Assembly (NCBI GenBank): GCA_918797485.1
Contig: CAKKNE010000006.1
Location: forward strand, 372,001 to 436,000
Reading direction: 5' to 3'
DNA length: 64,000 bases
Source of the DNA: Pelagomonas calceolata
Lineage: Eukaryota
The position numbers and the translations under genes are program-made. Below the pieces are notes generated by a model. The model was given only the letters and a program-made list of their open reading frames with translations. It did no database searches and was not told where the DNA came from. Below, one piece after another: positions 38,426 to 48,561 of the stretch (position 1 is its first letter; every line of letters starts with the position of its first letter).

Positions 38426-40843
38426 ATGCGAGCACATCTCGTGCGGCGCCTGGTCCACGCCCGACGCGGGCAGCATCTGAACCGCTCCGCACTGGCAGCC
38501 ATGCCTTCCTCTGCTTCGGCCTGGCACGTGGCGACGCCATGGGTGAACGCGCGAGCTCCACTCGCCACCAACCTCGCAGCGGCGGCGTCTTGTCGACGGG
38601 CGTTCAGCACCGACATAGATGCGCGCATCGCCGCCGAGAACAAGTCCCTCCAGGCGCGAGATATGGAAAAGAGCGACCCCGATGGCGCAATGGCGCTCTA
38701 TCGTGAAGTGCTAAAGGACTACGCTAAGCTCAGGGATGCATACGTGGGCCTCGGCGACTATGCCAACGCGAGAGACGTCCTGGAGCGTGCTGTCGCGATC
38801 GAGGAGCGGGCGTACGGCCGCGACCACCCGACAGTGGCCCTCACGCTGACAACCCTCGGGTGCGCGTACGTCGACTCAGGCGACCACGCCAAGGCGCGAG
38901 AGGTCATGGTTCGCGCGCTCGCAATCTTTGAGCGGGAGTTCGGCCGCGATAGCACGTTTGTGGCCACCACGCTGACGAACCTCGGGATCGCGTACGGCTA
39001 CTTAGGCGACCAGGCGAAGAAAAGAGACATGCTGGAGCGCGCGCTGCCGATCCAGGAGCGGGAGTACGGCCGCGACAGCACGCAAGTGGCCACCACGCTG
39101 ACGAACCTCGGGAACGCGCACAGCCAATTAGGCGACCACGCGAAGGCACAACACATGCTGGAGCGCGCGCTTGCGATCTTTGAGCGGGAGTACGGCCGCA
39201 ACCACACGAATGTGGCCCGGGCGCTGAATGGCCTCGGGTGCATGTACGGCGCTTTAGGCGACCACGCCAAGGCGCGAGAGGTCCTGGTTCGCGCGCTCGC
39301 GATCGACGAGCAAGCGCACGGGCCCGATCATCCCAGCACGAAGCAGACCAAGGAGAATCTCGCCAACGTGCAAGCCGACTTAGAGTTCCCGCTGCGCGCT
39401 GCGGCAAAGAGAGGCGACGTCGACGCTATGACTCAGCTCCTGGACGAAGGCGCCAAGGTCAATGTGACGATTCAGAACGGCCAGACGCCGCTCTATATCG
39501 CGTGCGAGCAGGGCCAGATCGACGCGGCGCGGCTGTTGTTAGATAAAGGCGCGGAAATAGACCGCGCGAACGAGCAGGGCGCGACGCCGCTGCTCGTCAC
39601 GTGCGCTTACGGCCACGTCGATGCGGCGCGGCTGTTGCTGGAGAAAGGCGCAGAGGTCGATCGGGCGGACAAGAACGGGCAGACGCCGCTGTACCTCGCC
39701 TGCGCTCTCGGCCACGTCGACGTGGCGCGGATATTGCTGGAAAAGGGTGCCGACGTTGATCGGGCGACGGAGAACGGAGCGACGCCGCTGCTCGTCGCCT
39801 GCCATCAGGACCACGTCGACGCGGCGCGGCTGTTGCTGGAGAAAGGCGCAGAGGTCGATCGGGCGGACAAGAACGGGCAGACGCCGCTGTACATTGCCTG
39901 CCAGAAGGGCCACGTCGACGCAGCGCGGTTGTTGTTAGATAAAGGCGCGGCGGCCGATCGGGCGAATAAGAACGGTGTGACGCCGCTATGGACCGCCTGC
40001 TACTGTGGCCAAGTCGACGCGGTGCGGCTGTTGCTAGATAAAGGCGCGGCGGTCGATCGGGCGTCTGAGGACCGTGGGACGCCGCTGCACGTCGCCTGCC
40101 ATCAGGGCCACGTCGACGTGGCGCGGCTGCTGCTGGACAAGGGCACGGAGGTCAATCGGGTGGGCAAGGACGGTGCGACTCCGCTGTACCTCGCCTGCCA
40201 GAACGGCCATGTCGACGCGGTGCGACTATTGCTGGAGAAAGGCGCGGAGGTCGACCGGGCGGAGAAGCAAGGTGCGACGCCGCTGTTCATCACCTGCCAG
40301 CAGGGCCAGGTCGATGCGGCGCGGTTATTGCTGGACAACGACGCGGAGGTCGATCGGGCGGCGGAGGACGGCCGGACGCCGCTATGGACCGCCTGCTACG
40401 AGGGCCACGTCGACGCTGCGCGGCTGCTGCTGGACAACGGCGCGGCGGTCGATCGGGCGCAAAAGCAGGGCGCGACGCCGCTGCTCGTCGCGTGCTACAA
40501 CGGCCACGTCGACGCGGCGCGGCTGTTGCTAGATAAAGGCGCGGATATCAATCGGGCGACGGAGGACGGTGCGACGCCGCTGTCCATCGCTTGCCAGAAC
40601 GGCCACGTCGACGTGGCGCGTATGTTGCTAGACAAGGGCACGGAGGTCAATCGGGTGGGCAAGGACGGTGCGACTCCGCTGTACCTCGCCTGCCAGAACG
40701 GCCATGTCGACGCGGTGCGACTATTGCTGGAGAAAGGCGCGGAGGTCGATCGGGCGAGGGAGGACGGAGCGACGCCGCTGTCCATCGCGAAAAGCAAAGG
40801 CCACTCGTCCATCGTCGCGCTCCTCGGGGAGCATCAGAAGTGA
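38426..40843 (+). CDS. TPR-repeat plus ankyrin-repeat protein
   Basis: About five 42-aa TPRs (ERALAI.ER.YGRDH..VA.TL.NLG) then about fourteen 33-aa ankyrins (G.TPL..AC..GHVD.ARLLL.KGA.VDRA). Confidence 0.9.
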   Translation: MRAHLVRRLVHARRGQHLNRSALAAMPSSASAWHVATPWVNARAPLATNLAAAASCRRAFSTDIDARIAAENKSLQARDMEKSDPDGAMALYREVLKDYAKLRDAYVGLGDYANARDVLERAVAIEERAYGRDHPTVALTLTTLGCAYVDSGDHAKAREVMVRALAIFEREFGRDSTFVATTLTNLGIAYGYLGDQAKKRDMLERALPIQEREYGRDSTQVATTLTNLGNAHSQLGDHAKAQHMLERALAIFEREYGRNHTNVARALNGLGCMYGALGDHAKAREVLVRALAIDEQAHGPDHPSTKQTKENLANVQADLEFPLRAAAKRGDVDAMTQLLDEGAKVNVTIQNGQTPLYIACEQGQIDAARLLLDKGAEIDRANEQGATPLLVTCAYGHVDAARLLLEKGAEVDRADKNGQTPLYLACALGHVDVARILLEKGADVDRATENGATPLLVACHQDHVDAARLLLEKGAEVDRADKNGQTPLYIACQKGHVDAARLLLDKGAAADRANKNGVTPLWTACYCGQVDAVRLLLDKGAAVDRASEDRGTPLHVACHQGHVDVARLLLDKGTEVNRVGKDGATPLYLACQNGHVDAVRLLLEKGAEVDRAEKQGATPLFITCQQGQVDAARLLLDNDAEVDRAAEDGRTPLWTACYEGHVDAARLLLDNGAAVDRAQKQGATPLLVACYNGHVDAARLLLDKGADINRATEDGATPLSIACQNGHVDVARMLLDKGTEVNRVGKDGATPLYLACQNGHVDAVRLLLEKGAEVDRAREDGATPLSIAKSKGHSSIVALLGEHQK
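39390..40830 (+). repeat. 99-bp tandem ankyrin-coding repeats
   Basis: Near-identical blocks, e.g. 40106-40259 vs 40601-40754. Confidence 0.9.
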
Positions 40844-40990
40844 CTACACGCGGACGAACCTCGGGCCCAATCATCTTAACACGGAAAAGACCAACACAGA
40901 ACCTACTTACCAACTGGCTCCTGAACACGACGGCCGACGAGAGTTTTCTACCTCCCTTTTAGGCCACTTAATTTCATCTAGTTCTATGTA

Positions 40991-42127
40991 CTACTTACCC
41001 GCCGACGACGCGTTGAGCGCCGCCAGCCTGGCCAGCGCCGTCCGAAAACACCCGAGGTTGTAGTCGATCAGGTCCCGCTTCTCGAGGTTCTCCGTCCTGA
41101 GTAAGCAAACTAACGCCAAATTGCGATCAACTTCATCCAAGACCAGAGCCATGCCGTTCGACAGCTGGATCGACGCGGCATTGGACCGCGTTTGCTTCGG
41201 CTCCTCCTCTCGGACAGGCGTATCCTCTTCAGAGGGTTCCGGCTGTTGGGTTTTATCAGGGGCATATATGGACGCGACGTCGAGCACGACGTCGATGGCG
41301 TCGGCGCACAGCTCGTACGAGGCCGAGTCCACAGGGGCACTATCCGTGGCCACATAAACTTTGGACGCCACGTCAAACAGGAACGACTTCTCCATGTCGC
41401 AGGCCGTCACGAGCGCGTCGAGCATCTTTCTCAATACAATTCTCTGGGGCACTAATGCCCTCGACACAAGCTTGGAAAACGCCTCAAAAACAGAATGGTC
41501 ATATATAGACGTGAGAGAAAAAGCAGCGCCCGCCAGACAGTCGTCCGCATACGCCTGGGCCTGCTGGGGGTCGACGGTTTCGTCACTGCCATGGGCATAC
41601 AACTCCGCAAGTTCCGCGCGCGCGCACGCTTCCACCTCCCGCCGACAATCCAACTTCTGCTCCTCGCTCAGGAAGTGGTCGCCATCCACCTTGTGGACGA
41701 AGACCTCGAGTTGCACCCTGGGATTAGCTGCTTTGGCCGCAGCAGCGACCTCCGCTAGTCGAGCACATTCGGAGTACGGGTCCGCCTCGGCGTCGACCAC
41801 GTACGCCAAGACGACGCACCGCCCGAACAAGTCGCGCGGCGTCATCTGCGCGTCGCGCCACCGCAATTCGCTCAAGTCCCTATCTCCCGGAACGTCGAAA
41901 ATGCTGAAATGTACTAAATCGCTGTTGGCCACCAATCGTAAAGTGGGCTGCGCCGTCGACGGGACGAAGAGCGTCTCGTGGGGGCTCATCTTGCCGAAGA
42001 CGACGCGCGCCATGGACGTTTTACCCGAGCGGCGCGAGCCCATGAGCACGATGCGCGGGGCGCGCTCGGCCCGTTCGTTGTCGCCCTCGGAAGGTGTCGC
42101 CGGCCAGCGCTCGAGGTTGGCGTACAT
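40991..42127 (-). CDS. RRAGC: Rag C/D (Gtr2) GTPase
   Basis: MGSRRSGKTS, KMSPHETLF, FVHKVDG, LTSIYDHSVFEAFSK, FLFDV.SKVYVATDS. Confidence 0.93.
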   Translation of the reverse strand: MYANLERWPATPSEGDNERAERAPRIVLMGSRRSGKTSMARVVFGKMSPHETLFVPSTAQPTLRLVANSDLVHFSIFDVPGDRDLSELRWRDAQMTPRDLFGRCVVLAYVVDAEADPYSECARLAEVAAAAKAANPRVQLEVFVHKVDGDHFLSEEQKLDCRREVEACARAELAELYAHGSDETVDPQQAQAYADDCLAGAAFSLTSIYDHSVFEAFSKLVSRALVPQRIVLRKMLDALVTACDMEKSFLFDVASKVYVATDSAPVDSASYELCADAIDVVLDVASIYAPDKTQQPEPSEEDTPVREEEPKQTRSNAASIQLSNGMALVLDEVDRNLALVCLLRTENLEKRDLIDYNLGCFRTALARLAALNASSAGK

Positions 42128-42519
42128 GTTTTTGTGTGGTGCTGCTGGTTTGAGTGCCCACGGTGCGCGGCGACGGCGCGCGATGCTCCAGCGAATTAGG
42201 CTCGACGGTAGGCTGCCAGAGGCTTGTCTACGCGTGCAGAGCTGTGCAGGAACGCTTGCGGCGGCGTGTCTTTTGTGTTTTTGCCTGCTGGCTAGTGTGT
42301 TACATGCCGCTAGCTGTGGTTTTGCGCGACGCGCGCACGGGACGAAGACCAGCCTTCAGCGCTCTCCGAAGCTCGCGCGGTACTTTATAGATCGCTCGAA
42401 ACGGCCTTGGCCTCGTACGGCTGCGCCAGGCGGAGTCCGGCTGGGTAGCTCTCCCAAGCTCAAAAGTGCCAAAAAACAGCGCGGACAAACGCATAGCTGG
42501 AAAATAGAGCTAAAAAACA

Positions 42520-44876
42520 ATGGCCGATGACGCAGCACCACAAGCGGAAGCGCCAGAACCTACTGCCGAGCCGAACGCGGATGCCGCAAACGAGCCGGCG
42601 CGTGCGATACCGCAGCCGCGCCCGACGGCCTGGGTCACGGGCGGCGGCGCCCTGACCTACGCGCGGCCGGTCCCGGACGTGGACGAGGCCTCCGCGGACG
42701 CCGAGCTACACTCCGCGCGGGCAGCCGCCACGCCGACCGCGGACGACGACGCCGACGACTCGCGGGAGGGACTGGACGACGATGCCACAAGCACGGACAG
42801 CGACACGGACAGCGACGGCGACGAGGCGGCCTGGGCCGCCGCCGATGGGTTAACAGAAGACCACCGCGCGTTGCGGGTCCAGGGCCTCGCGTGGGACGGC
42901 GTTCCACAAAATAGGCGGCGACGCGTCTGGCTGGAGCTCTCCGGAGCTTCAAGGAGGGCGGGCGACCCCACGGTGCCTCCTGACGAGCTGCGGCGGACGA
43001 CGGAGGAGCTTGAGAGTGTCGTAGGGAGTCGCGTCGCCGCAGATGTCAAACTCGACTGTGGACGGGGCGGCGGCCGGACGAATAGTCGAGAGCGCCTTGT
43101 GCTGCGGAGGGTGCTCCTCGCCGTCGCCGCGAAATACCCGGCGACGGGCTACGCCCAAGGGTTAAATGTGGTCGCCCAGACGCTCTTGGAATCTGTTGGT
43201 TGTGAAGAGTCTATCCTCTTCTGGCTCCTCGCGGAATTAGTTGATGGGAGATTAAAAGGATGGTGGGCCGGCGACTTCTCCGTGTCGTTGGGTTCAATAG
43301 CGTCGGCGCTGGGCAAGTGGTCCGCGCTGAACGGCGAGGACGAGTGCCTGCCGTCGTTTGCCACCACCTGGGCGCTGTCCCTCTTCGGCCAGCACGCGGG
43401 GAAGCCGACGCCCAAACCTTTCAGGAGGGCCTGCCTCGACGCGATATTGTGTTCGAACGAGGGCGGCGTGCAAGCCGTCCTCGGGATTGCATTGGCGGCC
43501 GCGGACGTCGTACAAAGGTGTCCCTCAGAAGACATGGTCGGGCGGGGCTTGGCCGTCGCGCGGGCCTTCTCAAATGAAAGACGCCAGGTGCTCCTCGAAG
43601 CGAGTCGCCTCGCGCGGACGGCGCTCGTCGAGGTCGAGCCGAACCAATTGTTGTTTGACGCGCCGTCGGAGTTCTTCTGGTTACATACGGCGCGGCGCGT
43701 CGCCGAGGCGCGACTGGCACCCGTCGAACAAGCTGTTGAGACCGCGGCTCCATCATTATACGCGACGACCGCCTCTGCCAGAAAGGCAGCGGACCGCAGT
43801 CTCGCCCACGACGAGAAGCCGCTGCTGCTGATTCTTGGAGACGCTTCATCAGCGGACGCCTGCGCCTACGTGGCGGCGGAGCTGCTCGGCGTCGACAACG
43901 AGCGATCGCCGCCGGTGGAGGAAACGGACGAGCCAAGCTGTAACCCGGGCGCGGCCCCCGGCAACGTGCGCTACCGCTGGGGCGACGCCGCGATCGACTC
44001 CGTTTCGTCCTTCGGCGTGCCGGTGCGCTCGCGGCCGACGGCCGCGCTCCGGCGCGTCGACGCGGCCGTCGTCGTCGACGCCGAGGTCGCGCAGAAGTTA
44101 CTCGCCGAAGCAGACGGCGTCATCTTCGTGATCGACGCGTCGGCCGAGCTGCCAACGCCTGCGTGGAAACCAACCCGTGATTGTGTGCCGCTGATATTTG
44201 ATTTCCACACAGGTCGACGCCCTGGCGCCGGCAGAGCGCGCCCGTCGAGCGGGCCGCCTTCGCTTCGATGGACGCGGGCGGGCCCCAAGTCCGCGTCGTC
44301 TGCGTGACGACGGGCGCCGGCGACGGCGACGACGAGGTTGCTAACCACTGGAACGCGCGCGGGACCCAGGCCGCCTTCCGCACAGCGGGCACGGCCCTCG
44401 CCGCCGCGGGCGCGCGGACCGCGCGGCCGCTGCCGGCCTTCGGGGTCCTCGGCGTCTCCTCAAAAACGACGCGTGCCGAACTGCGGGCCCTGTCGAAGCT
44501 CGTCGACGGCCTGCCCGCGGCGTGTGCCGAGAAGGCCGTCGCGGCGTTACTGGCGCGCTGCGATTGCGTGAGGGCGGTCGCGACGACGCTCGACGCCCTC
44601 GCCGCGACGCCGCCGTCGCGGCTCTACCGGTGGAGCAGCGCGCTGATCGGGCTCGTGACGCCGGAGACCGTCGCGCCGATCCTAGACGAGGCCTCCGCCT
44701 ACCGCGCGATGCCGGACGACGCCCGGCCGCCGCTCGCCGCGTCGGCGGCGGCGTGGGAGGGCCTGGATGGCACTCGGTTGGCGGCTTGGGCCGACGCTTC
44801 ACCAGCGCGGAAGCGCCTCGACCGGGCCCTCGACGTCGAGGCGCCGGCGATGCTCCGGGCGGCGCAGAAGCGCTGA
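42520..44876 (+). CDS. TBC (Rab-GAP) domain protein; intron 44151-44212
   Basis: GVP..RR.VWLELSG, DV.LDCGR, LRRVL.A, GYAQGLN, FWLL; splicing joins ORF 44268-44876 in frame. Confidence 0.8.
44151..44212 (+). mobile_element. 54-bp introner plus degenerate TSD (GC-AG intron)
   Basis: CTGCGTGGAAACCAA..TTGATTTCCACACAG; TSD GCCAACGC vs GTCGACGC. Confidence 0.85.
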
Positions 44877-44924
44877 TTTTGTGTAGTTGTCCTAGGTATG
44901 ATGTCGTGTTAAGAAGGGGAGGAC

Positions 44925-45329
44925 CTATCCCTGCATGAGTCCCTGCAGCAGCGCGTGGCCCGAGAAGGGAGTAGGAGAAGGTTCCGCCGGCGCGGGCGCC
45001 GGCGCGGCGTCCTCGCGCGAGCGGCGCAGGGCCTCGGCGAGGTCTCGCGCCTCCTGCGCCGCCGAGACGGGGCCGGTCGCGAGCTGGCTCGTCTCGGACG
45101 GGGCCGGGGGCGGCATGCTCATGCGGACGTCGCCGTCGTCGTCATATCTCTGGGGCGTGCGCCGGCGCTTGTCCGGCGAGGGCGTGCGGCGCCGAATACC
45201 GGGCTTGTTCGAGTTGAACTCGTTGATGGCCTTGCGGTTCACCCTCCCGAACGTCGACTCCTGGACCCAGCGACCCAAGCACGGCTCGTTCGCCTCCATG
45301 GAGTGGGGCGTCGGCGGGAGGCGCGGCAT
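44925..45329 (-). CDS. Small protein with UIM-like helix
   Basis: QEARDLAEALRRSRED resembles a ubiquitin-interacting motif; start inferred. Confidence 0.45.
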   Translation of the reverse strand: MPRLPPTPHSMEANEPCLGRWVQESTFGRVNRKAINEFNSNKPGIRRRTPSPDKRRRTPQRYDDDGDVRMSMPPPAPSETSQLATGPVSAAQEARDLAEALRRSREDAAPAPAPAEPSPTPFSGHALLQGLMQG

Positions 45330-45886
45330 CTTTGTTGTGGCTCTATGGAGATCGCGGCGGCGGCGATTGAGGCGCGTCGCGCGTCCGTAGCGTAACCGCT
45401 CGATTGATGGTGACCGGGTCACTCGGCTTTTTGGAGACCTTTGGGTTTCCCGCGGTCTTGAAACCGTGGCCCTGTCTATCAGTGATATGTCGGGCGTCTC
45501 GCGTACGTGCCGGATCGACGGGTACACACGCGCTAGACCTCCCAGAGCTTTTTTGCTCGAGTCTCGAAGCTAGCGTCCAGTAAGACACTAGCAAGCAGAG
45601 GCGTGATGAGTCAGTTCGACAATGAGCCAGTTTGAGGAGATCCCGTCCCCGGGTTGCGGCTTCCAGGGCTCCCGCGTTTAGGAAATCCCGCGCGCTAGCG
45701 GCCTGTAAGACACTAGCACGCAGAGGCGGCCGCTTTGGCAGGCTCCTGCGCGCGGACAGTAAGCGTTTGAGGCACGCCACCGCTGCAGGGACTTTCTCTC
45801 TACACCCTCAACACGACAACTAACACGTATTGCTGCGGCCGCAAGCGTAAGCGGCTCAAAACCCACCGCTCTCCGGTAGCACAGCG

Positions 45887-46405
45887 ATGCCAGTCTTCGT
45901 AGCATACATCAAGGCGGACCTCGAGAACGTCGGCAGCGCGTCCGTCGACGTCGCGAGCGCCACGCTCACGATCGACGTGAAGCAGGGCCAGAGCGACGAG
46001 ACGCGCGAGTCGGTCACGATCTGTAGAGAGGACGAGGTGCCGCTCGACGGCAGCCGCGGCATCGCCAACTTAGTACTAAGTGACTGGAAGGCGAGCTGTT
46101 CCGTGCTGACCGCGGACGAATTCACGACGCGGTTCAAGAAGAAGAAGCAGGCGCTGGCCGAGACGCCGCGCCCCGTGACGGACGAGGACTCGGGGAGCTG
46201 GGTACCGCTCGTCGCCTTCGAAGCGCGAGGTTTAGATGTGGTGCGGTGGCGGCTGCGCGAGGGCGACGTCAGCGTGCGGTCGACGGCAGGCTACCCCTTC
46301 GAGGACGTCGACCTGTCGGACGGTGACTGGGCCGACTACGACGTCGAGGCCGACGCGCCCGTGGCTCTGTCGGATATCGAGACGAAGGTCGAGCTCGTGC
46401 GATGA
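45887..46405 (+). CDS. DUF866/UPF0587 (CZIB/C1orf123-like) protein
   Basis: IKADLENV, GSRG.ANLV, FEARGL, FEDVDL..GDWADYD. Confidence 0.8.
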   Translation: MPVFVAYIKADLENVGSASVDVASATLTIDVKQGQSDETRESVTICREDEVPLDGSRGIANLVLSDWKASCSVLTADEFTTRFKKKKQALAETPRPVTDEDSGSWVPLVAFEARGLDVVRWRLREGDVSVRSTAGYPFEDVDLSDGDWADYDVEADAPVALSDIETKVELVR

Positions 46406-46471
46406 TAGGCAGGCGAGTAGGACTATTTAGGAACTTGCGAACGAACCGACCCCAGTCAGTCCCCGCGCGAG

Positions 46472-47575
46472 CTAGCCAGACTCGCGCGCGTCCCAGCCCT
46501 CGTGGGCCGCGCCGTAGGCCGCGGCGAAGCCCTCGCGCTGGCCGGCACCGGCGTCCGGACGTAGACTGCCGACGGCGATGTTGTCCTTCGCGTCGCGGCC
46601 CTCCCACTCCGTGCCGTACGCGCCCTCGTACCCCTCCCTCCGAGAAGCACCTTTGTCGGGCATGAGGCTACCCGTCTGTAAGTTGTCCAGCGAATCCCTG
46701 CCTTCCCACTCCGAGCCATAGGCTCCCTCGAAACCTATTCCCGCGCCGGCGCCGGCATCGGGAACCAAGCTTCCGACTTGTAGATTGTCCTTAGCGTCGC
46801 GGCCCTCGTGCGCCGACCCGTAGACGTTGGGCACCTCGTCGCGGCCCGCGCCCGCGTCCGGAATCAAGCCTGCCCCGAGGTTGTCGAGCGAATCGCGGCC
46901 CTCCCACTCATTACCGTACGCGGCAGCGAATCCTTCGCGCGCCGCCGCCGCCTCGGTCGTCGTAAATCCTCCCTTCGCCCGGACGATATTCGACCGCGTG
47001 TCCTCGCCCTCCCACTCATTCCCGTACGCCCCCTCGAAGCCTTCCCGCGCGGCCTTCGCGGCCGTCGTCGTGATCCCAGCTTTGACGTTGACAAGGTCCG
47101 AATGCGTGTCCTTGCCCTCATGCTCGTCGCCGTATGCTGCCGCGAAGGCCTCCCTGGCAGCCTTTTCCTTCGTCGTCGTGATGCCGGCCTTGACATTCAC
47201 TAAATCGGAATGAGTGTCCTTGCCTTCATGCTCCGTGCCATACGCTGCGGCGAACGCCTCGCGCGCCGCTTTCTCGGCCGTGGTAGTGATGCCAGCCTTC
47301 ACATTCACCAAATCGGAGTGCGTGTCTCTCCCTTCGTGCTCCGTGCCGTACGCGGCCGCGAACGCCTCGCGCTGCGCCCCCTTCTTCGTCGTCGTCAGGC
47401 CCATGGGTCTTTGAAGCACATTGCTATCGAAATACTCTTTATTGGCCTGGTGCGCGAGCACCTCGCGCGCGCGCTGGCGCCGGCGCTGGGCCTCCAGTTT
47501 TTGCTGTCGTTCTTTCTTCCTCCAATAGGCGCCGATGGCGGAGCTGGACGTCGTCCAGCGGCCGTAGTCGGCCAT
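46472..47575 (-). CDS. Protein built of about 36-aa tandem repeats, unknown function
   Basis: About nine units of RE.F..AYG.E(H/W)EG.D...(L/I). Confidence 0.75.
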   Translation of the reverse strand: MADYGRWTTSSSAIGAYWRKKERQQKLEAQRRRQRAREVLAHQANKEYFDSNVLQRPMGLTTTKKGAQREAFAAAYGTEHEGRDTHSDLVNVKAGITTTAEKAAREAFAAAYGTEHEGKDTHSDLVNVKAGITTTKEKAAREAFAAAYGDEHEGKDTHSDLVNVKAGITTTAAKAAREGFEGAYGNEWEGEDTRSNIVRAKGGFTTTEAAAAREGFAAAYGNEWEGRDSLDNLGAGLIPDAGAGRDEVPNVYGSAHEGRDAKDNLQVGSLVPDAGAGAGIGFEGAYGSEWEGRDSLDNLQTGSLMPDKGASRREGYEGAYGTEWEGRDAKDNIAVGSLRPDAGAGQREGFAAAYGAAHEGWDARESG

Positions 47576-47854
47576 GATAGCTGCCCGGGCGCCAATGAAT
47601 GGCCTTCTCCCGGCGCTGCCGCGCTGCCCACCAGGGAGAGCAGAGCTTTTGGATCCGTTGCGCCCGCGCGTCGGCCCGCGCGTCGACGGCGGCGGGCCGA
47701 CGCAGGCGCGCCCTCGACGGATACCACGCGTCGTCGACGGCGTCGGACGTAGGACGAGTCGCCCCGGCCCCTCGCGCTCGCGTCGACCCCGCGGAAGGAC
47801 GCGCCGACCCAGGACCCAGCCCGACAGCTAGACCCGACAGGTCTCCTATGATCC

Positions 47855-48181
47855 TTAGCCGCCGCCCCCCGGCCCCGGCTTGACCCGAATCCCCATGAGC
47901 GTGCTCTGGCCCTCCTGCGCGATGGCCTGCCACGCGAGCATGATGCCGCCCAGGAAGAGGACCGAGACGAGGGTCGCCAGGTAGGGGAAGGAGTGGGCCT
48001 CGTTCGCTTGCATTGGGGAGGCGCATCCTTCCAGAACGCAGGTGTGCCAGGCGTCGTAATTTATGATCGGGTCCCTCCTTCTGGTTGTCGTCGTGAGTAG
48101 GGCTATCGCGGGGATGAGTAATGGTAAAAGGTCGTCTCCATGAAATCGTCGTCGTCTTACGACGTCGTCGGCGCGCGTCAT
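47855..48181 (-). CDS. Putative small membrane protein
   Basis: Hydrophobic helix YLATLVSVLFLGGIMLAW; exon structure uncertain. Confidence 0.35.
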   Translation of the reverse strand: MTRADDVVRRRRFHGDDLLPLLIPAIALLTTTTRRRDPIINYDAWHTCVLEGCASPMQANEAHSFPYLATLVSVLFLGGIMLAWQAIAQEGQSTLMGIRVKPGPGGGG

Positions 48182-48561
48182 GGTGGTGTGTGGAGAACTA
48201 AGCTCTCGAGATGCCCAGCGGTCGTCAGGCAGCCAAACCGCCAAAAGGGCTCGTCGGGCAGCTCAAACAAGTCCCCGTCCCGTGTTTTTGGGCCTCTCTG
48301 CGACGATGAACGCAGCCCTCTCGAGCGCTCCAGTCCGCTGCACCCGCACGTTACACGAAGCGCCATCCCACGCGTCCCACGCCTTCCACCAAACCCCGCG
48401 ACGCGTCGCCCGGCAAAACTAAGCCCCGGCGCCCCGCGCGCGGATCACATGATGGCTGGGCCATCAGAGTGAGGCACGGCCGGCCCGACTGACTGCACAT
48501 AAATCGCAGGGCGCCCCCGGGCGCGCCGGGCGCGCAGGTCCGGAGCCGAGCCAGCCGGACC

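Noticed and set aside
39390..40830. Regular direct repeats resembling a CRISPR array (also 18270-18920, 46480-47400)
   Set aside because: Periods are multiples of three and encode ankyrin, DUF285 or other protein repeats; no unique spacers or cas genes.
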